From Bryobacterales bacterium (GTDB taxonomy: Bacteria; Acidobacteriota; Terriglobia; Bryobacterales; UBA6623): DNA of 64,000 nt. The notes beneath the pieces were generated by a model, which worked only from the letters and a program-made list of their open reading frames with translations, had not been told where the DNA came from and did not search any database. Location: contig CBDFJA010000003.1 in the NCBI GenBank assembly GCA_965248365.1, positions 386,841-450,840 on the forward strand, given 5' to 3'. Position numbers and translations under genes: made by a program. This document shows positions 18,553 to 26,584 of this stretch, piece after piece. The first letter of the stretch is position 1, and each line of letters opens with the position of its first letter.

Positions 18553-18635
18553 GCGGTCTCTCCAGGGTCGTGGTTATTCGACAACTCCAGCTTCCCTGGT
18601 CCGGGACCGAATGAACAACCTGTTGAAAGATCACA
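17610..18635 (-). mobile_element. IS481-family insertion sequence, copy 2 (1026 bp), 6-bp TSD GCTAGT
   Basis: Same inverted repeats as copy 1. GCTAGT occurs at 17604-17609 and 18636-18641. Confidence 0.92.
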
Positions 18636-18636
18636 G

Positions 18637-19752
18637 CTAGTCCGACTTCGAATCGCGCTCTGCCTTGAAAGCCGCCAGCAGTCCTTCGAAGTCCGCCGTC
18701 GTCATCTTCACGGACGCGCGGATCAGCCTTTCTTCCGCCGCTACATCGATCGCGTCGAACAGCGTCATCGCCTGAGGATATTTTCCGCTCAGCGTCAGCC
18801 GGCCGAACGCCACCATCCCCCGGCTGGCATCGGCCAGCGTCTTGGCGTCCTCCGGGGTAGCGCAAACACCCTCGGTCTGAACATCGATTCCGTCCGTCAG
18901 ATCCGCCGCCAGACTCGATCTCTCCATGGAGCGGAAGATGCCGAAGGCGGGGATGTCGATCCCGCTCGGCAAGCTGCCGACCTGGCTCTCCCAAAGCTCT
19001 CCGGTGTTTAAGGAAACGGACCAGAGCTGGTTTGACGAGTTGAGCGTCTCCGCGCTTTCGAGCAACGGCTTGTTGTCGAGGAGACTCGGGCCGCCATCCA
19101 TTTTGCGGTCGATCGCGGCCATCACCGCGGATTTGTTTCCAGCGGCTGCTATCTGCTCATTAAAGAACACCAAGGAGAGGCCGTTCTCCAGTTGCCTAAA
19201 AAAATCTGATCCCGGAGCCTCGGGCGTTGAGCCGCTCGTTTCCGGCGTAGGCGGATGATACACGGTGACGCCACGGTACTCTTCGACGTCGCCGTGATCC
19301 TCGAACCACTTCCGAACGGTGTCTGTGAGGCTGAAGCGGCTTCTGGCAACGACAAGAGACTGTGCCCCGAGCGACTCACCCTCGTCATCGGGTCGATCGA
19401 TCCACCAGGCCGCCAGGACTTGATGGAGATCGCGCCGCGGGTCCAAGCCGATCTCGGCGGCCATGCGGTCGAAATCTTGATGAGCTTGCTCGTTCTCTCG
19501 ACTCTCTTCCCACAACCGGTAAACGGGCGTGGCTTTCAGCCGCTTCATGTCCAGGCCGCCCACGCCTGAATCCTCAGACGGCAGTAAGGCGGCGAGTTCG
19601 CGGTCCAGCCCCGAAGCCTGGGTCTCGTCCTCCGTCTGACAGGAGGAGAAAGCGAGAACCGCGGCAACGAGCACCGCCAGCAGACATGCCGCGGACCGAG
19701 TCGTGAGTTGTTTCTTGCCAAACCCCTTGCAGGGAAAAACATTTGTCAACAT
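18637..19752 (-). CDS. Hypothetical lipoprotein
   Basis: The ORF opens at 19911, but ATG 19752 gives MLTNVF...AVLAFSSCQ (lipobox-like) and lies 4 nt after the upstream gene's stop. Its TAG stop lies within the CTAG duplicated by IS481 copy 2. Confidence 0.6.
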   Translation of the reverse strand: MLTNVFPCKGFGKKQLTTRSAACLLAVLVAAVLAFSSCQTEDETQASGLDRELAALLPSEDSGVGGLDMKRLKATPVYRLWEESRENEQAHQDFDRMAAEIGLDPRRDLHQVLAAWWIDRPDDEGESLGAQSLVVARSRFSLTDTVRKWFEDHGDVEEYRGVTVYHPPTPETSGSTPEAPGSDFFRQLENGLSLVFFNEQIAAAGNKSAVMAAIDRKMDGGPSLLDNKPLLESAETLNSSNQLWSVSLNTGELWESQVGSLPSGIDIPAFGIFRSMERSSLAADLTDGIDVQTEGVCATPEDAKTLADASRGMVAFGRLTLSGKYPQAMTLFDAIDVAAEERLIRASVKMTTADFEGLLAAFKAERDSKSD

Positions 19753-19756
19753 GAGA

Positions 19757-20458
19757 TCAATAGTCCTTCCTTTGGAAAAACCAGACACCCGCCCCCAACA
19801 CCACCACGGCGAAGATCCCCGAGCTCCAAATCGGCATCCAAGACGCCAACTCCCGATCCATGAGCACCAGCCTCGCCGTGTTCCCGATCTCGTAGAGCTT
19901 GGGGAAAACATAGTAAAGCCCTTTTACCAAATCCCGCGGCCACTGGGAGTCAAAATAAGGAGCGATGCGCTCGTGTTGCGAGAAGATCAGGCTCATCAGC
20001 GCCACGAAATACGTCACCATCGTCGCCAGTACCGCGCTGTCTGAAACCACGGCCACGAAGACGATCACCGGCAGCAGGACAGCAAAGGCGAACATCGCCA
20101 GCGCCGCCGCGAGCAGAAAGTCGACTTTCCAAATCTCGGTTTTGAAACCGGGAATGACCCAGACCCCAAGAACGAGGTAGAAGAGGTTCACCCCAATCAC
20201 CGCCAGCGTTCCCAGGAACTTGCCCAGCAGCAGCGTCGGACGAGAGACCGGCTTCGACAGCAGCAGTTCAATCCGCCCCGGCTCAAAGACCGTCGGAATC
20301 AGCCCGGCGGCCGCGAAGATGGCCAGAAACAGCCCGGCTGTGAACAAGAACACCGCCACGGCCCCGAGGACGACCCCAACCAGCTTTTCTACCGGGACCG
20401 TCCGACCCTGATTGACCTCCATGCCGAACAATTCGACGGCCGCCAGCAGCCAAAACAT
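19757..20458 (-). CDS. ABC-2-type transporter permease-like membrane protein, probably N-terminally truncated
   Basis: 233 aa with multiple TM helices. The LLSKPVSRPTLLLGKFLG motif sits unusually close to the N-terminus. No partner ATPase gene lies upstream. Confidence 0.6.
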   Translation of the reverse strand: MFWLLAAVELFGMEVNQGRTVPVEKLVGVVLGAVAVFLFTAGLFLAIFAAAGLIPTVFEPGRIELLLSKPVSRPTLLLGKFLGTLAVIGVNLFYLVLGVWVIPGFKTEIWKVDFLLAAALAMFAFAVLLPVIVFVAVVSDSAVLATMVTYFVALMSLIFSQHERIAPYFDSQWPRDLVKGLYYVFPKLYEIGNTARLVLMDRELASWMPIWSSGIFAVVVLGAGVWFFQRKDY

Positions 20459-21080
20459 CCAGGTTTTGGGAAATACACACCTCCAGGGCAGTGGCCGCTA
20501 GAGCGAGAGCTGGCCCAACTTCGGGAAGTATCAGGTCCGCATCAAGAAGCAGCATAACCCAAGGAGGCGGCTGATAATCCGACGGCAACTTGTGAAGGTT
20601 CTCCCATACTTCCTTGTTCACAACACCCCACGAAAACTTAAGGTGACGCGCCCCGCGACCCCGTACGAGACCCTCCTGTTCTTCCAACTCCGACTCATCA
20701 TCATTCAGGTATTGGAGGTACCAGGAGACGTGTGGGAAGTCGAGTGGTTTGATCTTACTCACGCGTGTCACGAATCGGAGCCGCAGCATGAAGGATTTCA
20801 AGGCTCGACCAATGAGCTCGAGAGAAGGATCGCAATGCAGGCCGGATCTGCGATCAAACTGGGCTTTATGAAAATCGATGCGGAAAACATTGGCTTGAAA
20901 GGCAGGGGTGTCATTGACAGATAGCTGCTCAATCTCGTCGTCTGTAGCGGCACCATCACTCTTGAACGGAGGATACGCGCGTATCGCGTAGCCCTCGAGC
21001 GTCGTCTCGTAAATCGGGAACTGCTCACCCTCGGGCACCACGAGAGAAAAGGGCAACAGCGTGTGAAGTCTTGCTAGCAT
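20283..21080 (-). CDS. Orphan hypothetical protein; the C-terminal ~58 codons are probably read-through across a junction near 20460
   Basis: 265-aa ORF with no motif I recognise. It looks AT-richer by eye than its surroundings. The last part overlaps the permease gene in another frame. Confidence 0.4.
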   Translation of the reverse strand: MLARLHTLLPFSLVVPEGEQFPIYETTLEGYAIRAYPPFKSDGAATDDEIEQLSVNDTPAFQANVFRIDFHKAQFDRRSGLHCDPSLELIGRALKSFMLRLRFVTRVSKIKPLDFPHVSWYLQYLNDDESELEEQEGLVRGRGARHLKFSWGVVNKEVWENLHKLPSDYQPPPWVMLLLDADLILPEVGPALALAATALEVCISQNLDVLAAGGRRIVRHGGQSGSDGPGRKAGWGRPRGRGGVLVHSRAVSGHLRGRRADSDGL

Positions 21081-21102
21081 TCCTAGGCTGTCCTCCCAGC
21101 TT

Positions 21103-22432
21103 CAGTGCTGTCCGGGGAAAGTCGCGCCATCGGACGGTAAGTCTCGACCGCTCAATGTCTTATGGCCTGTTTTGCCCGGGAACGATTTGAAATCCCGAGG
21201 CCGCAAATGGTCGCCTGAACGGAGCATCCGGACGCGGCACAATGAGGGATGAACCTTGGCCGTACGGTTTTCTCCCAACTGATCGAGCACCTACCGAGCA
21301 AAGAGTTTCAGAAATGTGTATCGCGCTACCGCGGCGATTCCTATCTGAAAAGTTTCTCCTGCTGGGATCAGTTTCTTGCGATGGCATTCGCCCAGCTGAC
21401 CTATCGGGCAAGCCTCCGCGACATCGAGACGTGCCTGCGTTCGATGCACGGCAAACTCTACCACATGGGATTCCGCGGCAGGGTAGCGCGCTCGACACTG
21501 GCCGATGCGAACGAGTCGCGCGACTGGCGGATCTACGCGGACTTCGCGCAGGTCTTGATTGGCATGGCACGGCCGTTATATGCCCACGACCCGATCGGTG
21601 TGGACTTGGACCAGACTCTGTACGCTCTCGACTCGACAACAATCGACCTCTGCCTGTCGCTGTTTCCGTGGGCGAGATTCCGCAAGCAAAAGGCCGCCGT
21701 GAAGATGCACACGCTGCTGGATCTGCACGGCAATATTCCCACGTTCATCCGCATTACTGGAGGCAAAGTGCACGACATCAACATCCTCGACGAGATCGGC
21801 CCGGAGGCCGGCGCGTTCTACGTCATGGATCGGGCCTACGTCGATTTCGAACGCCTCTTCGTGTTCACTCTCTGCTCGTCGTTCTTCGTCGTGCGAACCA
21901 AGAAGAACATCTTGCTCCAACGGCGCTACTCGCATCCCGTCGACAAATCCACGGGCTTGCGCTCGGATCAGACCGTCATACTGGCTGCCATCGAATCGGC
22001 CCAAGCCTATCCCGACCCGTTGCGGAGGGTCAGTTACTTCGACGCCCGGACGAACAAGCGGCTGAAGTTTCTGACCAACAACTTCGCGCTCCCGGCGCTG
22101 ACCATCGCCCACATCTACAAGTCGCGTTGGCAGATTGAGTTGTTCTTCAAGTGGATCAAGCAACATCTGCGAATCAACTCGTTTTACGGCACCAGCGAGA
22201 ACGCCGTCAAGACGCAGATCTGGATCGCTGTCTCGATTTACGTGCTCATCGCCATCGTCCGGAAACGGCTCGGGCTGGAAGCGAGTCTTTACCAGATTCT
22301 ACAGATTCTCAGCGTTACGCAATTCGAAAAAATGCCCCTTTTACAGGCACTCCAGCCATCCGACTCCCCAAACGAATCCCCCTATGACCCCAACCAATTG
22401 ATTCTATTCGACTTTTAACCGGACAGCAGTGG
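21103..22432 (+). mobile_element. IS4-like insertion sequence (1330 bp)
   Basis: Terminal inverted repeats CAGTGCTGTCCGG (21103->) and CCGGACAGCAGTG (->22431). Flanking direct repeat CCCAGCTT at 21095-21102 and 22433-22440, with a 1-nt offset ambiguity at the right end. Confidence 0.8.
21249..22418 (+). CDS. IS4-family DDE transposase (DUF4372-type N-terminus)
   Basis: 389 aa. N-terminus MNLGRTVFSQLIEHLP. DDE context YALDSTTIDL, YVMDRAYVDF and RWQIELFFKWIKQHL. Confidence 0.88.
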   Translation: MNLGRTVFSQLIEHLPSKEFQKCVSRYRGDSYLKSFSCWDQFLAMAFAQLTYRASLRDIETCLRSMHGKLYHMGFRGRVARSTLADANESRDWRIYADFAQVLIGMARPLYAHDPIGVDLDQTLYALDSTTIDLCLSLFPWARFRKQKAAVKMHTLLDLHGNIPTFIRITGGKVHDINILDEIGPEAGAFYVMDRAYVDFERLFVFTLCSSFFVVRTKKNILLQRRYSHPVDKSTGLRSDQTVILAAIESAQAYPDPLRRVSYFDARTNKRLKFLTNNFALPALTIAHIYKSRWQIELFFKWIKQHLRINSFYGTSENAVKTQIWIAVSIYVLIAIVRKRLGLEASLYQILQILSVTQFEKMPLLQALQPSDSPNESPYDPNQLILFDF

Positions 22433-23069
22433 CCCAGCTTATGCCCTCACCTAACGCAATCGTGATGAGCCGCGGTGCGTCAGCTCCTGCACCCTCGCTT
22501 CAGCGCGGGTTAGCCGGGACCGCTCCGCGTCAACGGCAGCGGGCACCCTACAAGTCTAGCTGACTGCACCGAGCGTCCCCTACGCGGCGAGCTCTTGGTC
22601 CTGCTCAAGCCGCGGCTATATCCGGACGTTATTTTTCGCCGTCAACGGACCGCCGGCATCACTGGTGTTGACCGTCCCTGCCGCTTCGACAAGCATCATC
22701 TTGCATTTTTTTTCGGCGAATGGATTTTGCTCCACTCCCGTGACCTTGCCCCCTAAAACGAGTCCAAGTTGAATGTTAGGATTTTCGGTTTTAGGAAGGA
22801 GGTGGGGTGGACCCCTGTAGTGAAACAACCTGCTAAGCAGGGTTTCCCCATTCGCTGAAAAAGGCTTGGCTGGGGAGCGGCCTTCATTGTAAACTTCTGC
22901 TCGGCCGGTGAAGCGGAGGCGGGCTCTGGTGGAGACCAACCCGCCGAGGAATAGCCGGGCGGGAACTCATCGAGACGATGGGTCGGGGCGTGGAGCCTCT
23001 CGCTTCGCGCCCCACTCCGGCACGAACCCCGCCCATCGGATCGAAAGATTCCCTCATGCCTCGGAAAAC

Positions 23070-23948
23070 TCATCCCACGACTCCCGCGAGACTGGCCTGT
23101 TCGAGCACGCTTTGCTCGTACTCGACCGGCGGCAGATACCCCAGCGCCGAGTGCAAACGTTTCTCGTTGTAGACGCGATCGAGAAACTGCCCGACGCGCC
23201 GTTTCGCCTCGGCGAAATCTTCATACTCGAACAAATAGACCTCTTCATATTTCAAGGTTTTCATGAACGATTCCGCCATGGCGTTGTCGTAGGGATTGGC
23301 CTTGCGGCTCATGCTGATGCTAATGCCGTGCTGTTGGAGCAGCTTCGTGTAGTCGCCCGAGGCGTACTGCACGCCGCGGTCGGAGTGATGCACCAAGCCC
23401 GGCCCGATCTCGCGTGTCCGCAAGGCCGTCCGTAAGGCGGCCAACGCCAACTCCGCCTCCAAAGTGCGACCCAGCGACCAGCCGATCACCCGCCGCGAGA
23501 AGGCGTCCAACACCACCGCCAGATACACGAACTCCCGCAACAGCCGAATGTAGGTGATGTCGGCCACCCAGAGTTGGTTCACAGCGCTGATATCGAGCGT
23601 CGGCACGAGATTCGGGTAAACCGCCATGCCGTGTTCGGAATCGGTCGTGCGGATGAATTTCTTGCGGCGCAGACACAGCAGGTTGTCCTGGCGCATGATG
23701 CGCTGCACGCGCTTGCGGTTGATCACCCAACCTTGGCGCCGCAGCTCGGCGGTGATGCGCCGCGAGCCGTAGGCGGGCATCTCCACGGCGATGCGCTGGA
23801 TCACGTCCCGCAACGCCGTCTCGTTGTCGCCCGCGGGCGGTTGACGAGCCCGGTAGTAGGCCGCGCGGGAGACCTCCAGCACACGACACATCGCGGCCAA
23901 CGACAAGCCCGCTCCCGTTTCCCGTTGTTGCTCGATCAAGGGGATCAT
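23070..23948 (-). CDS. IS3-family transposase OrfB (element A)
   Basis: 292 aa. DDE context WVADITYIRL, VHHSDRGVQYAS and NAMAESFMKTLKYE. Overlaps orfA by 4 nt. Confidence 0.9.
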   Translation of the reverse strand: MIPLIEQQRETGAGLSLAAMCRVLEVSRAAYYRARQPPAGDNETALRDVIQRIAVEMPAYGSRRITAELRRQGWVINRKRVQRIMRQDNLLCLRRKKFIRTTDSEHGMAVYPNLVPTLDISAVNQLWVADITYIRLLREFVYLAVVLDAFSRRVIGWSLGRTLEAELALAALRTALRTREIGPGLVHHSDRGVQYASGDYTKLLQQHGISISMSRKANPYDNAMAESFMKTLKYEEVYLFEYEDFAEAKRRVGQFLDRVYNEKRLHSALGYLPPVEYEQSVLEQASLAGVVG

Positions 23949-24280
23949 CTTGTCTTTGAAGACGCGGCGCTCGGAAGCTGTTGTTCCTCGAGCCGCGCCA
24001 AGGCCTTTTTTAACAGGGCGTTCTCCATCGTGAGCCGGCCCACCATCTGCTCCAGCTCGCTCACCTGGATCTGCTCGTCATTGGGCTCGCGGTCGCGCTG
24101 AAAGGCTCGTTCGGGATCGCGGCGCAGCTGTTGCCGCCACTTGCTCAAAAGCGTCGGATGGATCTCATGTCGCCGCGCCACGGCGGCGACCGAGGCTCCC
24201 GCCTCGACCTGCCTCACCGCCCGTAACTTGAACTCGGCGGAAAACTTTCTCCTGGACAACGTCATGGCACCTCTCTCCAT
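23945..24280 (-). CDS. IS3-family transposase OrfA (element A)
   Basis: 111 aa with HTH plus leucine-zipper-like region (RRKFSAEFKLRAVRQVEAG...LEQMVGRLTMENALLKKAL). Confidence 0.88.
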   Translation of the reverse strand: MERGAMTLSRRKFSAEFKLRAVRQVEAGASVAAVARRHEIHPTLLSKWRQQLRRDPERAFQRDREPNDEQIQVSELEQMVGRLTMENALLKKALARLEEQQLPSAASSKTR

Positions 24281-24340
24281 TCACTGTAAAAAGATGCTTA
24301 ACGAGTTGTCTCATTTTCGGGGTCCACTCCAAGGCAAGAG

Positions 24341-24408
24341 ATGGCAGGGAAGCGATTTAGTGCAGAACAGATCATCATCAAGTTGCGTGAGGCAGAGGTG
24401 GGTCTAGC
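24341..24408 (+). pseudogene. IS3 element B orfA, 5' fragment (interrupted by IS481 copy 3)
   Basis: MAGKRFSAEQIIIKLREAEVGL. A Shine-Dalgarno-like AAGGAGG is restored upstream once element A is removed. Confidence 0.8.
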
Positions 24409-25351
24409 TGTGGAGCCTCAACAGGTTGTTCCGGGGAGGAGGGAGTCGGCTGATAGGGGGATGATAGCCGAGGCTGGCGTGGGGGCGATGCCAATTGTAG
24501 TCGTGGAGCCAGGGGAGCAGATGGTTGGCGCGTTGGAGGGAGGAGCAGTAGGAGCGGGCATAGGCCCATTCGCGGAGGGCGGTTTGGATGAAGCGCTCGG
24601 CCTTGCCGTTGGTGCGAGGGGTGTAGGGGCGGGTGAAGCGGTGGCGGATGCCGAGGCGGCGGCAAGTACGACGGAAGTGGCGGGAGCGGTACCAGGAGCC
24701 ATTGTCGGTGAGCAGGCGTCGGATGCGGATGCCAAGCGAGCCATAGTAGGCGTGGGCGAGGAGAAGGAACTGGGCAGCGGAAAGGCTGCGCTCATCGGGC
24801 AGGATCTGGGAGAAGGCGATGCGGGAATGGTCGTCGACGGCGACGTGGACGAACTCCCAGCCGGCGGCGCGGGAGCGTCGGGTCTTATCGCCGGTAACGC
24901 GGTGACCGGCGTGCTGGAAGCGGCCGAGCTTTTTGATGTCGAGATGCAGTAGATCGCCGGGACGGTGATGTTCGTAGCGGCGAACGGGGGGAGCGGGTTC
25001 GAGATCGCGGAGACGGTTGAGTCCGGCGCGACCGAGGAGGCGGCTGACGGTGGCCGGGGATAGCCGCAGGGTTTGGGCGATGCGGCGGCCCGTCCAACGT
25101 TGTCGGCGCAGGGCGAGGACGCGGTCAACGACGGCTTGCGGGGTGCGGCGCGGGCTATGCCGGGGGCGCGAAGAGCGATCGTAGAGACCGGCTTCGCCTT
25201 CGCCGCGGTAGCGGGCCAGCCAACGGCGGGCGGTGCGTTCTGAGACGTCTCGGGCCGCCGCGGCGGCCCGAGGCGTCTCTCCAGCGAGGATGCATCGAAC
25301 CAAAAGGGCTCGGCCTTTGGGCGTCAATCGGGCATTCTGATGGATGTTCAT
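24404..25351 (-). CDS. IS481-family DDE transposase
   Basis: 315 aa, near-identical to the other two copies. Confidence 0.92.
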   Translation of the reverse strand: MNIHQNARLTPKGRALLVRCILAGETPRAAAAARDVSERTARRWLARYRGEGEAGLYDRSSRPRHSPRRTPQAVVDRVLALRRQRWTGRRIAQTLRLSPATVSRLLGRAGLNRLRDLEPAPPVRRYEHHRPGDLLHLDIKKLGRFQHAGHRVTGDKTRRSRAAGWEFVHVAVDDHSRIAFSQILPDERSLSAAQFLLLAHAYYGSLGIRIRRLLTDNGSWYRSRHFRRTCRRLGIRHRFTRPYTPRTNGKAERFIQTALREWAYARSYCSSLQRANHLLPWLHDYNWHRPHASLGYHPPISRLPPPRNNLLRLHS

Positions 25352-25434
25352 GCGGTCTCTCCAGGGTCGTGGTTATTAGACAACTCCAGCTTCCCTGGTC
25401 CGGGACCGAATGAACAACCTGTTGAAAGATCACA
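24409..25434 (-). mobile_element. IS481-family insertion sequence, copy 3 (1026 bp), 6-bp TSD TCTAGC, nested in IS3 element B orfA
   Basis: Same inverted repeats as copies 1 and 2. TCTAGC occurs at 24403-24408 and 25435-25440. Confidence 0.92.
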
Positions 25435-25440
25435 TCTAGC

Positions 25441-25651
25441 TCAAGGACAGACGGTGGGCCAGGTGTGCAAACAGATTGGGGTGACCGAGCAGACCTACTA
25501 CCGGTGGCGCAAGGAGTACGGAGGGCTTCGACTGAATCAGGCCAAGCGGTTGAAGGTGTTGGAGAAGGAGAATGCCCGGTTGAAGAAGCTAGTGGCAGAT
25601 CTGTCTTTGGACAAGCAGATCCTAAAGGAAGTTTCCTCGGGAAACTTCTAG
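25441..25651 (+). pseudogene. IS3 element B orfA, 3' fragment
   Basis: In frame with 24341-24408 after excision. The restored protein reads ...[33 protein letters not shown]...LKEVSSGNF* (92 aa). Confidence 0.8.
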
Positions 25652-26544
25652 GCCCGACGAAGAGGAGACGCGCAGTGGTGTGGGTGAGGGAGAGATTGGG
25701 AGCAGAGCGCGTCTCCGAACGTCGGGCCTGCCAAGTGCTGGGACAGGCTCGATCGACCCAGCGAAGGGAAAGGCATATCCCCGATGAGGAGGCTCGATTG
25801 GTGGCTGAGATGGTGGAGTTGGCCACGCACTACGGGCGATACGGCTACCGACGGATCACGGCCATGCTTCGTTGGGAAGGGTGGAAAGTGAATCACAAGC
25901 GGGTGGAGAGGTTGTGGAGACAGGAGGGGCTGAAAGTCCCGTCCAGACAGCCGAAACGAAGGAGACTGTGGCTTCATGATGGATCCTGCGTTCGGTTACG
26001 AGCGGCTCACAAGGATCACGTCTGGAGCTATGACTTCGTGCATGAGCGAACCCATGACGGAAGGGCCTTTCGATTATTAACCCTACTGGATGAATACACC
26101 CGGGAGTGTCTGGCCATTGAGGTCCAACGACAGATGAATCACCAGGACGTGTTGGATCGATTGGCGGAGTTGTTCGTGGATCGGGGAGTGCCTGAATACA
26201 TTCGGTCCGATAACGGGTCAGAGTTTACGGCTCAGGCGGTTCGGGACTGGCTGAAGGCTGTTGGGGTGAGGACCTTATACATCGAGCCCGGCAGCCCCTG
26301 GGAGAATGGATATGTGGAGAGTTTCAACGGAAAACTGCGGGATGAACTGCTGAACGTAGAAGTCTTCGACACGTTGTGGGAGGCGAAGGTGTTGGCCGAG
26401 AGATGGCGCAGGGAGTACAACCAGCGACGGCCTCACAGCGCCTTGGCCTATCGGCCGCCGGCGCCGGAGGCCAGATTACCCAGGTCCCAGGACCAGAGTT
26501 CTATACCATGGAGTGGACTTCAAATGGTCCCAGGTCTAACTTAG
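25465..26544 (+). CDS. IS3-family transposase OrfB frame (element B); expected to be expressed as an OrfAB fusion from about 25645
   Basis: DDE context [22 protein letters not shown] and [14 protein letters not shown]. The part upstream of 25640 overlaps orfA. Confidence 0.85.
   Translation: MQTDWGDRADLLPVAQGVRRASTESGQAVEGVGEGECPVEEASGRSVFGQADPKGSFLGKLLGPTKRRRAVVWVRERLGAERVSERRACQVLGQARSTQRRERHIPDEEARLVAEMVELATHYGRYGYRRITAMLRWEGWKVNHKRVERLWRQEGLKVPSRQPKRRRLWLHDGSCVRLRAAHKDHVWSYDFVHERTHDGRAFRLLTLLDEYTRECLAIEVQRQMNHQDVLDRLAELFVDRGVPEYIRSDNGSEFTAQAVRDWLKAVGVRTLYIEPGSPWENGYVESFNGKLRDELLNVEVFDTLWEAKVLAERWRREYNQRRPHSALAYRPPAPEARLPRSQDQSSIPWSGLQMVPGLT
25639..25645 (+). promoter_or_regulatory. Candidate -1 programmed ribosomal frameshift heptamer G_GGA_AAC (IS3 element B orfA/orfB)
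   Basis: The heptamer is in the correct phase in orfA (tcG GGA AAC ttc tag). A -1 slip reads [16 protein letters not shown]..., which is the orfB frame. Confidence 0.6.
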
Positions 26545-26584
26545 AGAGTGGACTCGTTCCTGGGGGCAGGTCACTACCACATCC

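Larger units (their letters stand above)
22803..24331 (-). mobile_element. IS3-family element A (1529 bp) inserted in the 5' leader of element B, TSD AGG
   Basis: Inverted repeats TGGGGTGGACCCCTGTAGTGAAACAAC (22803->) and TGGAGTGGACCCCGAAAATGAGACAAC (reverse complement of ->24331). AGG occurs at 22800-22802 and 24332-24334. Confidence 0.78.
22741..26573 (+). mobile_element. IS3-family element B (native ~1269 bp) carrying two nested insertions
   Basis: Inverted repeats TGACCTTGCCCCCTAAAACGAGTCCA (22741->) and TGACCTGCCCCCAGGAACGAGTCCA (reverse complement of ->26573). After removing the inner elements, orfA and orfB are contiguous. Confidence 0.8.

Noticed and set aside
13540-18635. The IS481 pair plus tig-clpP as a composite transposon
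   Set aside because: Each IS has its own matched 6-bp duplication, and the outer flanks (GCTAGG versus GCTAGT) are not a shared duplication. The enclosed genes are core housekeeping genes.
18356-18994. ORFs 18356..18994 and 25155..25826, which look like 200+ aa proteins
   Set aside because: They begin in flanking genes in a wrong frame and read across the IS481 terminal repeat into the transposase 5' region. The composition is junk-like.
22616-23073. ORFs 22616..22939 and 22753..23073 as genes
   Set aside because: They span the left inverted repeat of IS3 element B and the terminal non-coding part of IS3 element A, so any reading frame is accidental. The short segment left of 22741 might be a gene remnant but cannot be identified.
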